Source: Candidatus Levyibacteriota bacterium
Lineage (GTDB): Bacteria; Patescibacteriota; Microgenomatia; Levybacterales; UBA12049
DNA: 64,000 nt
Reading direction: 5' to 3'
Assembly: GCA_963716145.1 (NCBI GenBank)
Contig: OY970292.1
Coordinates: 533,171-597,170 of the forward strand
Shown: positions 39,817 to 48,579 of the stretch, piece by piece
How positions within the stretch are numbered: position 1 is the first letter of the stretch
Layout: each line of letters begins with the position of its first letter
Notes under the pieces: generated by a model
Seen by the model: only the letters and a program-made list of their open reading frames with translations
Told to the model about the DNA's origin: nothing
Databases searched by the model: none
Program-made: the position numbers and the translations under genes

Positions 39817-40640
39817 CCCTGGCGGTGCCGGAGGAGAAGGTTGCGGTGGGCCCGGAGCAGTTGGTTCTCCCGCCTCAGGAAGTACCGGCGGTGCCGGAGG
39901 AGCTGGAGGACCAGTGTGTCTAAGCGGTGGTGCAGGTGGCACGGGTGGTATAAATGGCGGTGCCAGGAGGAGCTGGAGGACCAAAAAACGGCGCTGCCGG
40001 TGGCGCGGGTGGTACAGCCGGTGGAGGCGGTGGAGGCACGGGTCAACTTATAATTATGGGCGGAGGAGGTTCTACAAATTATGCTTATGGAGGAGGAGGT
40101 GGTGGAGGAGGCGCAGGGTACCAATGGTCTAGCTGGCGGTAAGGGTGGAAATGGTGGAGGTATGATAGTAGGTGGAGGAAGTTCTCTCAATTATATGGCA
40201 ACCGGGTCGGGTGGAGATGGAGGAGATGGAGGACATAATTCCAATGGTCCCGGTGGCAAAGGTGGAGACGGCGGGAGTGGTGGAGGTATAATAGGAGGTG
40301 GAGGAGGTTCTGTAAATCATGTATATCGTGGAGATGGGGGTAATGGCGGAAAAGGCGGGAACGGCACAGCCGGTCAGCCGGGTGGTGCTGGAGGAAATGG
40401 TGGATTTAGAAGTGGATACATTGTCGGCGGTGGAGGTAGCTCAAACTATTTTCATGTGGATGGAACTGATGGTGTAGGTGGTGCGGGAGGTGCTGGGTGC
40501 GGTGGCTTTGGTCAGCCTGCATCAGGCTCAACAGGTGGGGCTGGTGGCCCAGGATGCGAGGCGACCAACAGCAGCTTGCAGCAGCGGAAATGTCACCTGG
40601 AGTTGGACCGCCAGTACGAGTAGTCCCTCAACCCCAAATG
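39817..40640 (+). pseudogene. Gly-repeat region of the same gene, broken by at least 3 single-nt frameshifts
   Basis: Gly-rich translation hops between frames, for example ggtgccGgaggagct versus ggtgccAggaggagct at about 39965. The motif SPASGSTGGAGG(A)GGP(V)C recurs. Confidence 0.45.
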
Positions 40641-42265
40641 CACGACTTCAAGTTTTTGATAGCGCTGGAACAACTCTGTTATATGACAGTAACTCTGCTA
40701 TTGGTTCACCAAGAACCACCATTGGATTACCAGGAACTACCTTTAAAGGTCAAGTTAGCTACAACGGAACCAATCTTTACTCCGCACAAACCACTATTAC
40801 TTGCGCCGCAACACCAACATACTCCCTAACAGGCAGTATTTTTATCGATAGCAATGGAAATAATCTGAAAGATCCCGGAGAAAACCCTTACAATAGCTCC
40901 CAATTAAATGTCAGATTACGCAGTGGAGGCTCTACCTGGGATCAGGGCAACACTCCCGCTAACTATAATTATACCGGCCGTTCAGCCGGCGCGTATACCT
41001 TTGAGTTTTTATCGGCTATTCCGGCAGGATACACGCTGGGTCACCCCCCTGGTCCTCCATACCAGTATTCAGTTACTCTAGGTGCGGGATGCACGGCAAG
41101 CCCGCTGCCTCCCGGCAGTCCTGCCATCTGTGACGGATCAAATAACATAGTTGGTCTTAACTTTCCTCTTCAGGTTGTAGTCAGTCGTGTAACCACCACA
41201 ACTCTTTCTTCCTCACTCAATCCATCAACTGTCGGGCAAAATGTCACATTTACTTCAAATGTCAGTGGGGCTTGCGGGCCTACAGGAAATGTAGAATTTC
41301 TTGATGGGGCAGCAGTTATGGCAACAAGAGCATTGGCCGGAGCAACAGCCACATACTCAACTACCACCTTAACTGTCGGAAGTCACAATATTACGGCACG
41401 ATATACTGGCAATGCAGCTTGTGATCCAAGCACTTCCCCGGTTGTGGTCCAAACAATAAATCCCCCACCAAATCAAGCACCTACCATAAGCAACGCGACT
41501 ATTTCGCCCAAACCAATAACCGCAAATGGTTCAACACAATACGCAATAACCCTCACAGCAACCGACCCGAATGGCGGAAATGATATTGGAGCAGAATACA
41601 CAATCATCAACTATCAGGGCCCAAACGCAGGAGCTGGAAACTACCGAGGATATCTTGGATGGTCCACTCTGGGAGCTTCTCCGCCTCCTTATTCTTATCC
41701 CTACTGGACCTCTTCCATTTCTCCAAAACCCTGCGCGCCAGGTGGTGGCCAAGCGGCTGTCAATACCAGCGATGGCGCCACATGGGGACATCAATACATT
41801 AATTTGATAAGCTGTTCTACCGCAGTCGCGGGCAACATCAGGACAGTAACTTTTATTGTGACATTTAATAGTAACTTTACTGCGCCTACTAACAACAATA
41901 CTCTTTCCGGATATGTCCGGGATTGGGGAGGATTGGAAGATACTCCTATTATGAAACCATTTGACACGTTCAATTTGGCGCCGCCTGCAACTTACACAAT
42001 TTCAGGCAGTGTTTTTACTGATATAAGCGGAAATAAGATTAAAGATGGCAGTGAAATAGACTATCCAAGCTCTCCGGGCATAACAAAAAGCCCTGCCGGC
42101 GGAACTGTTACCAATAATGCAAACGGAACTTATAGCATTACTGGATTGTCTGCCGGAACTTACACTGTCTCCTATGGATCTGTCCCCGCAGGATACAATA
42201 TTGTTCATCCCCAAACAGGTCCGCCTCCCCAATTCTCAGTTACGGTTGGCCCGGATGCAGCGTGA
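40560..42265 (+). CDS. central part of the giant surface protein: SdrD-B / Cna-B-like and bacterial Ig-like (Big_3-like) domains
   Basis: Two SGS(I/V)F(I/T)D.NGN.IKD.GE motifs. Ig-like pattern TTTLSSSLNPSTVGQNVTFTSNVSG...GSHNITARYTGNAACDPSTS. The frame ends at the TGA at 42263. Confidence 0.55.
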
Positions 42266-43215
42266 ACCCCACTCCCCCAACAGCGGCCATAGCCTGTGAT
42301 GCTTCGCAAAACATTTCCGGCCTTAACTTCGCGATCAGTAATTCGTCTCCTTGGATACAGGGCTATGACTTGGATATGCGCTTTGATTATGGCTTTAATG
42401 ATGCTATCCCAGGCGGGACTCCATATACTCCCTACGCCTCAGTATTTGACACTTTTAGCAATACTCCTGGAGTTATTTTTTCAGGAGATAGCTCTTACAG
42501 CTTTGGATCGGGCCAAGCATCAATTACTAGGAGTGTTGTTGGGGGCACAACCTATCCTGAAGTTTTTAACTTCCCATCAGGCAACCCTCTGCACACAAGT
42601 TATGGATACTTATCAGGCAATGCCGCGAGTGCCGGAATAACTCCCAGAGATATGGCAGGAAATGATACTTCGGGAAATTCGGTCTGCAGCGGCGGCGGCA
42701 TTGGTAATTGCACTATCCATCCGAATTTACTAAAAGGTGTTTACGGCGCAAATGGAAATGTAAAAATAAACACATCTTCTCTAAAGGCTGCCAGCAATTA
42801 TATTTTCCTCATAAACGGAACTCTAACTATAAATGGAAATATAACTATTCCTACAACCTCAACAGCTCTTTTTACATCAAGCAGCAACATCATAATTGAC
42901 AAGTCCGTTGGAGCAGCAAGTAATTCATTCCCCCGTCCCACGGGACAATTGCAGGGATTCTATAGCGCTGACAATTCTTTTACTATCCAGGGAAACAATA
43001 ATTGCTCTCTCGGAATTGATAAAATGTTAAACATTGAAGGTTCTGTAGTTGTGAATGCCAACGGCACGGGAGGATCTGTTGTGAATCAGCGCAATCTTTG
43101 CGGTGATAATGCCACTATTCCTTCTCTTACGATCGCTCCCCGTCTTGATTTTATTCTCAATGCTCCATCATTTCTGATGGTACCTGATGTTATCTCCAAT
43201 GAAGTCGCACCATAG
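42262..43215 (+). CDS. C-terminal part of the giant surface protein (beta-helix-like repeats)
   Basis: Starts by repeating the PxxPxAAIACDxSxNIxGLNF motif seen upstream. Separated from the previous segment by a -1 frame shift. Confidence 0.45.
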   Translation: MNPTPPTAAIACDASQNISGLNFAISNSSPWIQGYDLDMRFDYGFNDAIPGGTPYTPYASVFDTFSNTPGVIFSGDSSYSFGSGQASITRSVVGGTTYPEVFNFPSGNPLHTSYGYLSGNAASAGITPRDMAGNDTSGNSVCSGGGIGNCTIHPNLLKGVYGANGNVKINTSSLKAASNYIFLINGTLTINGNITIPTTSTALFTSSSNIIIDKSVGAASNSFPRPTGQLQGFYSADNSFTIQGNNNCSLGIDKMLNIEGSVVVNANGTGGSVVNQRNLCGDNATIPSLTIAPRLDFILNAPSFLMVPDVISNEVAP

Positions 43216-43252
43216 TTCAGGATTAAAGATATACGATTAAAGATTAAAGAAT

Positions 43253-43272
43253 CCTGCCTGCCGGCAGGCAAG
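43253..43272. repeat. GC palindrome, copy 2
   Basis: cctgcctgccggcaggcaag, 38 nt after the giant surface-protein gene stop. Confidence 0.6.
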
Positions 43273-43446
43273 TCTTAAATCTTAAATCCCCCAACGTTCC
43301 TCTTTACAATACCTAACTCCCCTGTTATAATCTTCTTATCCTAAGAAATGGTCCTGCAAAGCAGAATTCGAAAGAATCTAGCAGCAGATAAAACATCAAA
43401 GCAGAATCATAAAGTATTCTTCTTTGAAGAACCCATGGAGGATCAT

Positions 43447-43992
43447 ATGCAAGACACATCAACTAAAGTCAGTTCAAACCGCCTCAAAAAAGAAGCTGTT
43501 GTTACAGAACTTTTGCAAAAGGTTGAAAAGGCGCAAGGATTGGTTTTTACAAACTACCAGGGCCTCACACATCAGCAAATCGAATCGCTCAAAAAAGCGC
43601 TAAAGTCGCTTGATGCTGAATATGTAAATACCAAGAACACTCTACTGCTCAGAGCCCTCAAAGATAAGCTTGACACTGAGGCGGAAAAAGATAAATTTCA
43701 GCAGCCTACAGCTACTCTTTTTATGTACAATGACATAGTTGAGCCTCTTAAGCAGCTTGCCAAAACACTTAAAGAGCTAGGTCTTCCAACAATCAAGTTC
43801 GGATTCCTGGAAGGAAAAGTTATGACTGATCAGGAAGTTGTAAAAATCTCCACTCTCCCTCCCCTTCCCGTACTTCGCGCTCAATTACTTGGCAATATGA
43901 AAGGGCCTATTTCAGGGCTGCACATAGCACTGTCGTGGAATATCAATAAACTTGTACTTACATTGAGGGCAATCGAAACTAAAAGGGGATAA
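43447..43992 (+). CDS. rplJ: 50S ribosomal protein L10
   Basis: L10 pattern (KAQGLVFTNYQGLT...LKDKL...). The start is moved to an internal ATG; the track ORF starts at 43348. Confidence 0.8.
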   Translation: MQDTSTKVSSNRLKKEAVVTELLQKVEKAQGLVFTNYQGLTHQQIESLKKALKSLDAEYVNTKNTLLLRALKDKLDTEAEKDKFQQPTATLFMYNDIVEPLKQLAKTLKELGLPTIKFGFLEGKVMTDQEVVKISTLPPLPVLRAQLLGNMKGPISGLHIALSWNINKLVLTLRAIETKRG

Positions 43993-44112
43993 TTGTCCAT
44001 TTTCCAGGCTTCATTTTCCATTGATTGATCAATTTACAAATTTTTTCAATCGAAAATAAATGGACAATGGCAAATGATAAATGGAAGATTACCTACTGGA
44101 AGGAGGTGTATT

Positions 44113-44505
44113 ATGGCAAAAATGAATAAAGACGATTTAATGAAATCAATCGAAGAGATGACGGTTCTTGAACTTTCAGATCTGGTTAAAGCACTTGAAG
44201 AAAAATTCGGAGTTTCAGCAGCAGCAATGGCTGTAGCAGCACCGGCCGCAGGAGCCGCTCCAGCAGGAGACAGCGCACCAGCTGAGGAGCAAACAGTCTT
44301 CAACGTTGTAATTGCGCAGTCAGGAGCACAAAAAATCGCTGTTATTAAAGCACTTCGTGAATTAGTCCCAACTCTTGGGCTTAAAGATGCGAAAGATTTA
44401 GTTGACGCAGCTCCAAAAGAAATAATGAACGGCGTAAACAAAAAAACAGCTGATGAGGCAAAAGAAAAGTTAACAGCAGCAGGCGCTACTGTTGAGTTAA
44501 AATAA
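44113..44505 (+). CDS. rplL: 50S ribosomal protein L7/L12
   Basis: [34 protein letters not shown]...AAGATVELK. Perfect AGGAGGTG ribosome-binding site. Confidence 0.9.
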   Translation: MAKMNKDDLMKSIEEMTVLELSDLVKALEEKFGVSAAAMAVAAPAAGAAPAGDSAPAEEQTVFNVVIAQSGAQKIAVIKALRELVPTLGLKDAKDLVDAAPKEIMNGVNKKTADEAKEKLTAAGATVELK

Positions 44506-44509
44506 CACT

Positions 44510-44563
44510 AAATAGTATCTAGTATCTGCACTTTTTGAAGTCTCATGCTAGATACTATTTTTG
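44510..44563 (+). terminator. rho-independent terminator after rplL
   Basis: 13-bp inverted repeat aaatagtatctag/ctagatactattt followed by TTTTT. Confidence 0.55.
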
Positions 44564-44580
44564 CGAATGCTTGTTTTATT

Positions 44581-45660
44581 ATGAAAAGACCTAAAAACCT
44601 AAGAATCCCAGGGCCCACAACGCTTTATCCTCAAGTCAGGAAAAAGATGGGCGAACCGGCGTTTAACCACCGTGGTCCGGAGTTTGAAGAAATAATTATT
44701 CAAGCCACCAAAAAACTGCAGGAAGTCTTTCATACCAAAGAAGATGTACTTATTCTGACTACTTCGGGAACCGGCGGACTTGAAGCTGCTATCGTAAACA
44801 CTCTCTCCCCCGGAGACAAAGTGATTGCTGTTTCTATCGGCACATTTGGAGACCGTTTCTCACAAATTGCTGCGTCTTATGGCGCAAATCTTATCGACCT
44901 TGCTTACGCATACGGTACAGCTGCAAATCCGGATGATATCCAAAAAATATTAAAAGCAAACCCTGACGCAAAAGCAATCCTCATAACTCATAACGAAACA
45001 TCAACCGGCGTGACAAATGATCTGAAAACAATCGCAAAAATTGTCAAGGATAATTCCAAAGCTCTTCTTATTGTTGACGGCGTCAGTAGTGTCGCGGCAA
45101 TACCTCTGCGGACTGATGATTGGGGATGTGATATTGTAATTACAGCTTCACAAAAAGGCTTCGGCACGCCGCCCGGAATTGCGATGATCAGCATGAATAA
45201 AAGAGCGTGGATTGCTTATGAAACATCAAAGATGCCAAAATTTTACCTTGATTTAGGTAAGGCCAAAAAATCGCTTGCCAATAAGCAAACCCCCTTCACT
45301 CCGGCAACTCATCAAATTGACGCACTCAATACCGGCCTTACTATTATGCTCAAAGAGACTCTTCCCGTAATTATCAAAAGGCATTCCAATGCAACCAAAA
45401 AAATAAGAAAAGCAGTCAGAGAAATGGGGCTCGAGCTTCTGGCAGACGATAAACATGCCTCAACTGTCCTGACCTCCGTAAAAACAGACCGAGCTTCAGA
45501 AATTGTAAAAGCTATGCGTACAAAAGGAATAGAAATTGCAGGCGGTTATGGTCCTTTAAGCGGAAAAGTTTTCCGCATCGGCCACCTCGGCTTTTTCACC
45601 GAAGCGGAAATTGATGAAACCTTGAAAGCTCTAAAAGTGTGTATAGCGGGCCTCAAATAA
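44581..45660 (+). CDS. class-V PLP-dependent aminotransferase (serine-pyruvate / alanine-glyoxylate family)
   Basis: TTSGTGGLEAAIVN...DGVSSVAAIP...SQKGFGTPPG with the PLP lysine. The start is moved past the terminator hairpin. Confidence 0.7.
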   Translation: MKRPKNLRIPGPTTLYPQVRKKMGEPAFNHRGPEFEEIIIQATKKLQEVFHTKEDVLILTTSGTGGLEAAIVNTLSPGDKVIAVSIGTFGDRFSQIAASYGANLIDLAYAYGTAANPDDIQKILKANPDAKAILITHNETSTGVTNDLKTIAKIVKDNSKALLIVDGVSSVAAIPLRTDDWGCDIVITASQKGFGTPPGIAMISMNKRAWIAYETSKMPKFYLDLGKAKKSLANKQTPFTPATHQIDALNTGLTIMLKETLPVIIKRHSNATKKIRKAVREMGLELLADDKHASTVLTSVKTDRASEIVKAMRTKGIEIAGGYGPLSGKVFRIGHLGFFTEAEIDETLKALKVCIAGLK

Positions 45661-45665
45661 AATCT

Positions 45666-46379
45666 TTATGCAGCCGCAGGCATAGGCACAAGATAATCTG
45701 TATTAAATGTTGTCCAATACCATCCCCCATCATAACCGCCCAAACCGCTCCTGAGCACTTGTTCATCAAGTTCGGCAGCTTCTCTACGATTTAAGCCCCG
45801 GACATTTCTATATACTCTTTGTGCATCTCTCCTCCACCCATCTGGAGGATTAATTGGAAAAACAACGCGGAATTGAGTATCGGGCGGATTAGTATATTTA
45901 AGCGTATTAAGAGATGCTAAGTCATCGGGCATATATCCGGAAAATGAAAGCCAAAATTTAGGACCATTTTCATCACCAGGTAGTTTTAACTCTAGATATT
46001 TTTGTCCCACAGCTGCCTCTCCATCTATATTAGTTTCTCCAGGATAACTACTAACAACTCTATTGACAACCAAAGGACCAACAAGCGCAAATGATGGCTC
46101 TTTCCTCTTTTTGTCATTTGGAGGGTAATCAAAAGTGACATTCAATTCTGGTGGCAAAACAGCTTCAATCTCCGCAGCTGTTCTCATTTTTAGAGGATTA
46201 ACAGGAGCAAGAATATCTCTTAGGTTTTGTCGTGGTTGTGATGCTCCCGCATTTCCTTCAGCGCTCAATCCGGAACCACCTATAGCTCTCCTATTCGAAA
46301 GCGCAATGGCACCACCAATTGTAACTGCGCCACGTATTAATAACTCTCTTCGACTTAAGTCCCCCTCTTGACCACGCAT
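45666..46379 (-). CDS. Tat-signal hypothetical secreted protein
   Basis: Twin-arginine N-terminus MRGQEGDLSRRELLIRGAVTIGGAIAL. Slightly elevated GC. Confidence 0.45.
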   Translation of the reverse strand: MRGQEGDLSRRELLIRGAVTIGGAIALSNRRAIGGSGLSAEGNAGASQPRQNLRDILAPVNPLKMRTAAEIEAVLPPELNVTFDYPPNDKKRKEPSFALVGPLVVNRVVSSYPGETNIDGEAAVGQKYLELKLPGDENGPKFWLSFSGYMPDDLASLNTLKYTNPPDTQFRVVFPINPPDGWRRDAQRVYRNVRGLNRREAAELDEQVLRSGLGGYDGGWYWTTFNTDYLVPMPAAA

Positions 46380-46516
46380 ACTAAATGATTATGAAAAAAA
46401 TCGTTTAAGATGTCAAGATTTAATAATCTTCCCTCTTGACAAAAGGTGTACTAGTTTGTTACTTTAGAGATAGCTCTGAATCATAAGAATAGTACATTAG
46501 TATAGTTAACACTAGT

Positions 46517-46726
46517 ATGAATAATCAAAAGCTATCAATAGATAACCTTCCAGATCTACTTACAGTCCGTGAAGTTGCTGAAGTTCTCCGTGTCTCCCCT
46601 CTTACTATCAAAAGATGGGGTAAAAGAGGAAAGCTTCCGGCAATAAGAATAAACTCACGAGGAGATAGAAGATACAAAAAAGAAGCAGTCCTCTGGCTCC
46701 TCGGCATCCAACCAAAAACTGAATAA
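46517..46726 (+). CDS. excisionase-family / MerR-like helix-turn-helix DNA-binding protein
   Basis: LLTVREVAEVLRVSPLTIKRWGKRGKLPAIRI..GDRRYKKEAV. Confidence 0.6.
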   Translation: MNNQKLSIDNLPDLLTVREVAEVLRVSPLTIKRWGKRGKLPAIRINSRGDRRYKKEAVLWLLGIQPKTE

Positions 46727-46741
46727 AGTCCTCCTATTTAC

Positions 46742-48196
46742 ATGATGACTCATGAATTTGCCAGAAGACATGCCCCTCAAGAACCTCACGACTCGGAGAC
46801 ACTGAGGAAAAAAACCTTCCATATCGAGTCAGGAAATCGACTGCGTGGAGAAGTTAATCCCGGAGGATCAAAAAATGGAGCTATTCCTATCATGTGGGCA
46901 GCTACGCTCTGCAATACTCCTTCAACTATTAGAGGATTGCCTGCGCTTGGAGATACCACAATAAACATGAAGTTGCTCAGGGCATTTGGCGTAAATGTAA
47001 TCCCAGACGGAGATGTTACAACCATCGACCCGCAAAATGTCACAACCGGAACTGCCATAAGAAAAAATATCGAATCTTCAAGAAATAGTATTCTGACAGT
47101 TGGAGCTATGTTAGGGCGTCTCGGGCATGTTACCATCCCTCACCCAGGCGGTGATGCACTGGGACCCAGACCAATTGATTATCACATAAAAGTAATGGAG
47201 GCCCTAGGAGCAAAATTCAAAGAAGATGCTGACGGCATGCAGTTTGAAGCGCTTGATGGATTAAAAGGAGGCTATTATAAATTCCCCCAACCTAGCCATT
47301 TGGGAACAATAAACGGCTTGCTTGCGGCAGTAAATGCAGACGGCTCAACCACGCTTAAAAACTGCGCATTAGAACCTGAAGTTGAAGAATTTATCGATTT
47401 TTTGACAAAGGCAGGAGCAAGAATTAAAAGAGATGGTTTGGACCCCCGAACTATCTTGATTGAGGGAGTACGCGAATTGAATGGTGTTGAGGATTTTGAA
47501 ATATTGCCCGATAGAAATGCGATAGTTACCTACGCAGTTGCTGCTATAGCTACCGAATCTGAGGAAGGAGTCACTGTAAAAGGAGCGAAAAAGGTGCATT
47601 TGAAATCATTTCTATCTTTGCTTGATGAAATGGGAGGCGGATACAAAATTCCAGATGACGAGAACGAGGACTGGATAAGATTTTTCTATAAAGGAGAATT
47701 GACTGCACCAAAACGCACTATAGTAACTTGCCCGTATCCCAATGACCAATTTGGTAATGAAAATTACCTTGGCATAATGACTGACTGGCAGCCGCTTGTA
47801 AGCTTATTACTCTTAAAAGCAAAAGGTACTTCAAGAATTATCGAAGCAGTACATCCTGATCGGTTCCAACACTTAAATAGTGCTTCTTCTGCAGGAGCAA
47901 ATATAGAATTTTTTGATCCAAAAATAGAAGATCCTGAATTGGGGTACTTTTTTAGAGATGAATTCGACAAAAAAAATCACGGAGCGGTCATTACCGGTGG
48001 AACGCTTTTCAGTAAGGAAATTCCAACCTCTGAAAGTGATGATGTAAGGCTAAGCGCGTTTAATATGATTGCGGGACTTTCGCTGACCCAACCGGGAGTA
48101 ACCACTATCATGCACAGCCCGCTGCACCTGGAAAGAGGCTATGAAGATCTTACTGGAAAACTCCAATCTCTCGGCGCTAATATTTTAGCGGCTTAA
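46742..48196 (+). CDS. murA: UDP-N-acetylglucosamine 1-carboxyvinyltransferase-like enzyme (MurA/EPT family) with Asp at the fosfomycin-target position
   Basis: Aligns with E. coli MurA end to end (KNGAIPIMWAATL... HLERGYEDLTGKLQSLGANI). The active-site loop reads PGGDALGPRPIDYH where E. coli has PGGCTIGARPVDLH. Confidence 0.8.
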   Translation: MMTHEFARRHAPQEPHDSETLRKKTFHIESGNRLRGEVNPGGSKNGAIPIMWAATLCNTPSTIRGLPALGDTTINMKLLRAFGVNVIPDGDVTTIDPQNVTTGTAIRKNIESSRNSILTVGAMLGRLGHVTIPHPGGDALGPRPIDYHIKVMEALGAKFKEDADGMQFEALDGLKGGYYKFPQPSHLGTINGLLAAVNADGSTTLKNCALEPEVEEFIDFLTKAGARIKRDGLDPRTILIEGVRELNGVEDFEILPDRNAIVTYAVAAIATESEEGVTVKGAKKVHLKSFLSLLDEMGGGYKIPDDENEDWIRFFYKGELTAPKRTIVTCPYPNDQFGNENYLGIMTDWQPLVSLLLLKAKGTSRIIEAVHPDRFQHLNSASSAGANIEFFDPKIEDPELGYFFRDEFDKKNHGAVITGGTLFSKEIPTSESDDVRLSAFNMIAGLSLTQPGVTTIMHSPLHLERGYEDLTGKLQSLGANILAA

Positions 48197-48318
48197 ATAT
48201 ATAACGCCACGAAGAAAATAAAACATTAAATTACTACGTTGGGTTAAATTCGTCTTTGAAAGCTAAGGTAGGTGTACCACATTATTGAAAATGATTGCAG
48301 AGTGGTATAATTAGATTC

Positions 48319-48579
48319 ATGAATAGCGACTACATTTCTCTGATAGGTTTTGCGGCGGCGACTTTGACTACTGCCTCTTTTTTACCACAGGTGGTTCAAA
48401 CTCTGAAAACCCGTAAAACAAAAGACATTTCACTGGGTATGTATATCGCTTTCACGATTGGGATTACTCTCTGGGGAATTTACGGTTTTCTTATCGGGTC
48501 CCCACCTATTATCATCGCCAACATCATAACTTTTGTTCTGACTTGCATTATTCTATATCTCAAAATCAAACATGGCTGA
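48319..48579 (+). CDS. SemiSWEET (MtN3/PQ-loop) sugar transporter
   Basis: 86 aa, three TM segments, PQ motif (SFLPQVVQTLKTRKTKDISLGMY). TATAAT at 48305-48310 suggests a near-leaderless transcript. Confidence 0.6.
   Translation: MNSDYISLIGFAAATLTTASFLPQVVQTLKTRKTKDISLGMYIAFTIGITLWGIYGFLIGSPPIIIANIITFVLTCIILYLKIKHG

Noticed and set aside
39201-40190. 329-aa Pro-rich minus-strand ORF (PPPFPPLPP...) and other minus or plus ORFs across 39.2-40.3 kb
   Set aside because: These are antisense or alternative-frame readings of the (GGN)n glycine-repeat DNA. CCN codons give poly-Pro and no stops are possible. They are not independent genes.
38959-40600. Direct import of a mycobacterial PE_PGRS gene
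   Set aside because: The Gly repeats use GGA/GGT third positions typical of the AT-rich host, not GGC/GGG. The resemblance to PGRS is compositional.
42263-42265. UGA-to-Gly recoding (genetic code 25) explaining the TGA inside the giant surface-protein gene
   Set aside because: Read-through keeps the wrong frame and hits TAG nine codons later. The conserved repeat motif continues only in the -1 frame. Other genes in the window use TGA as a normal stop.
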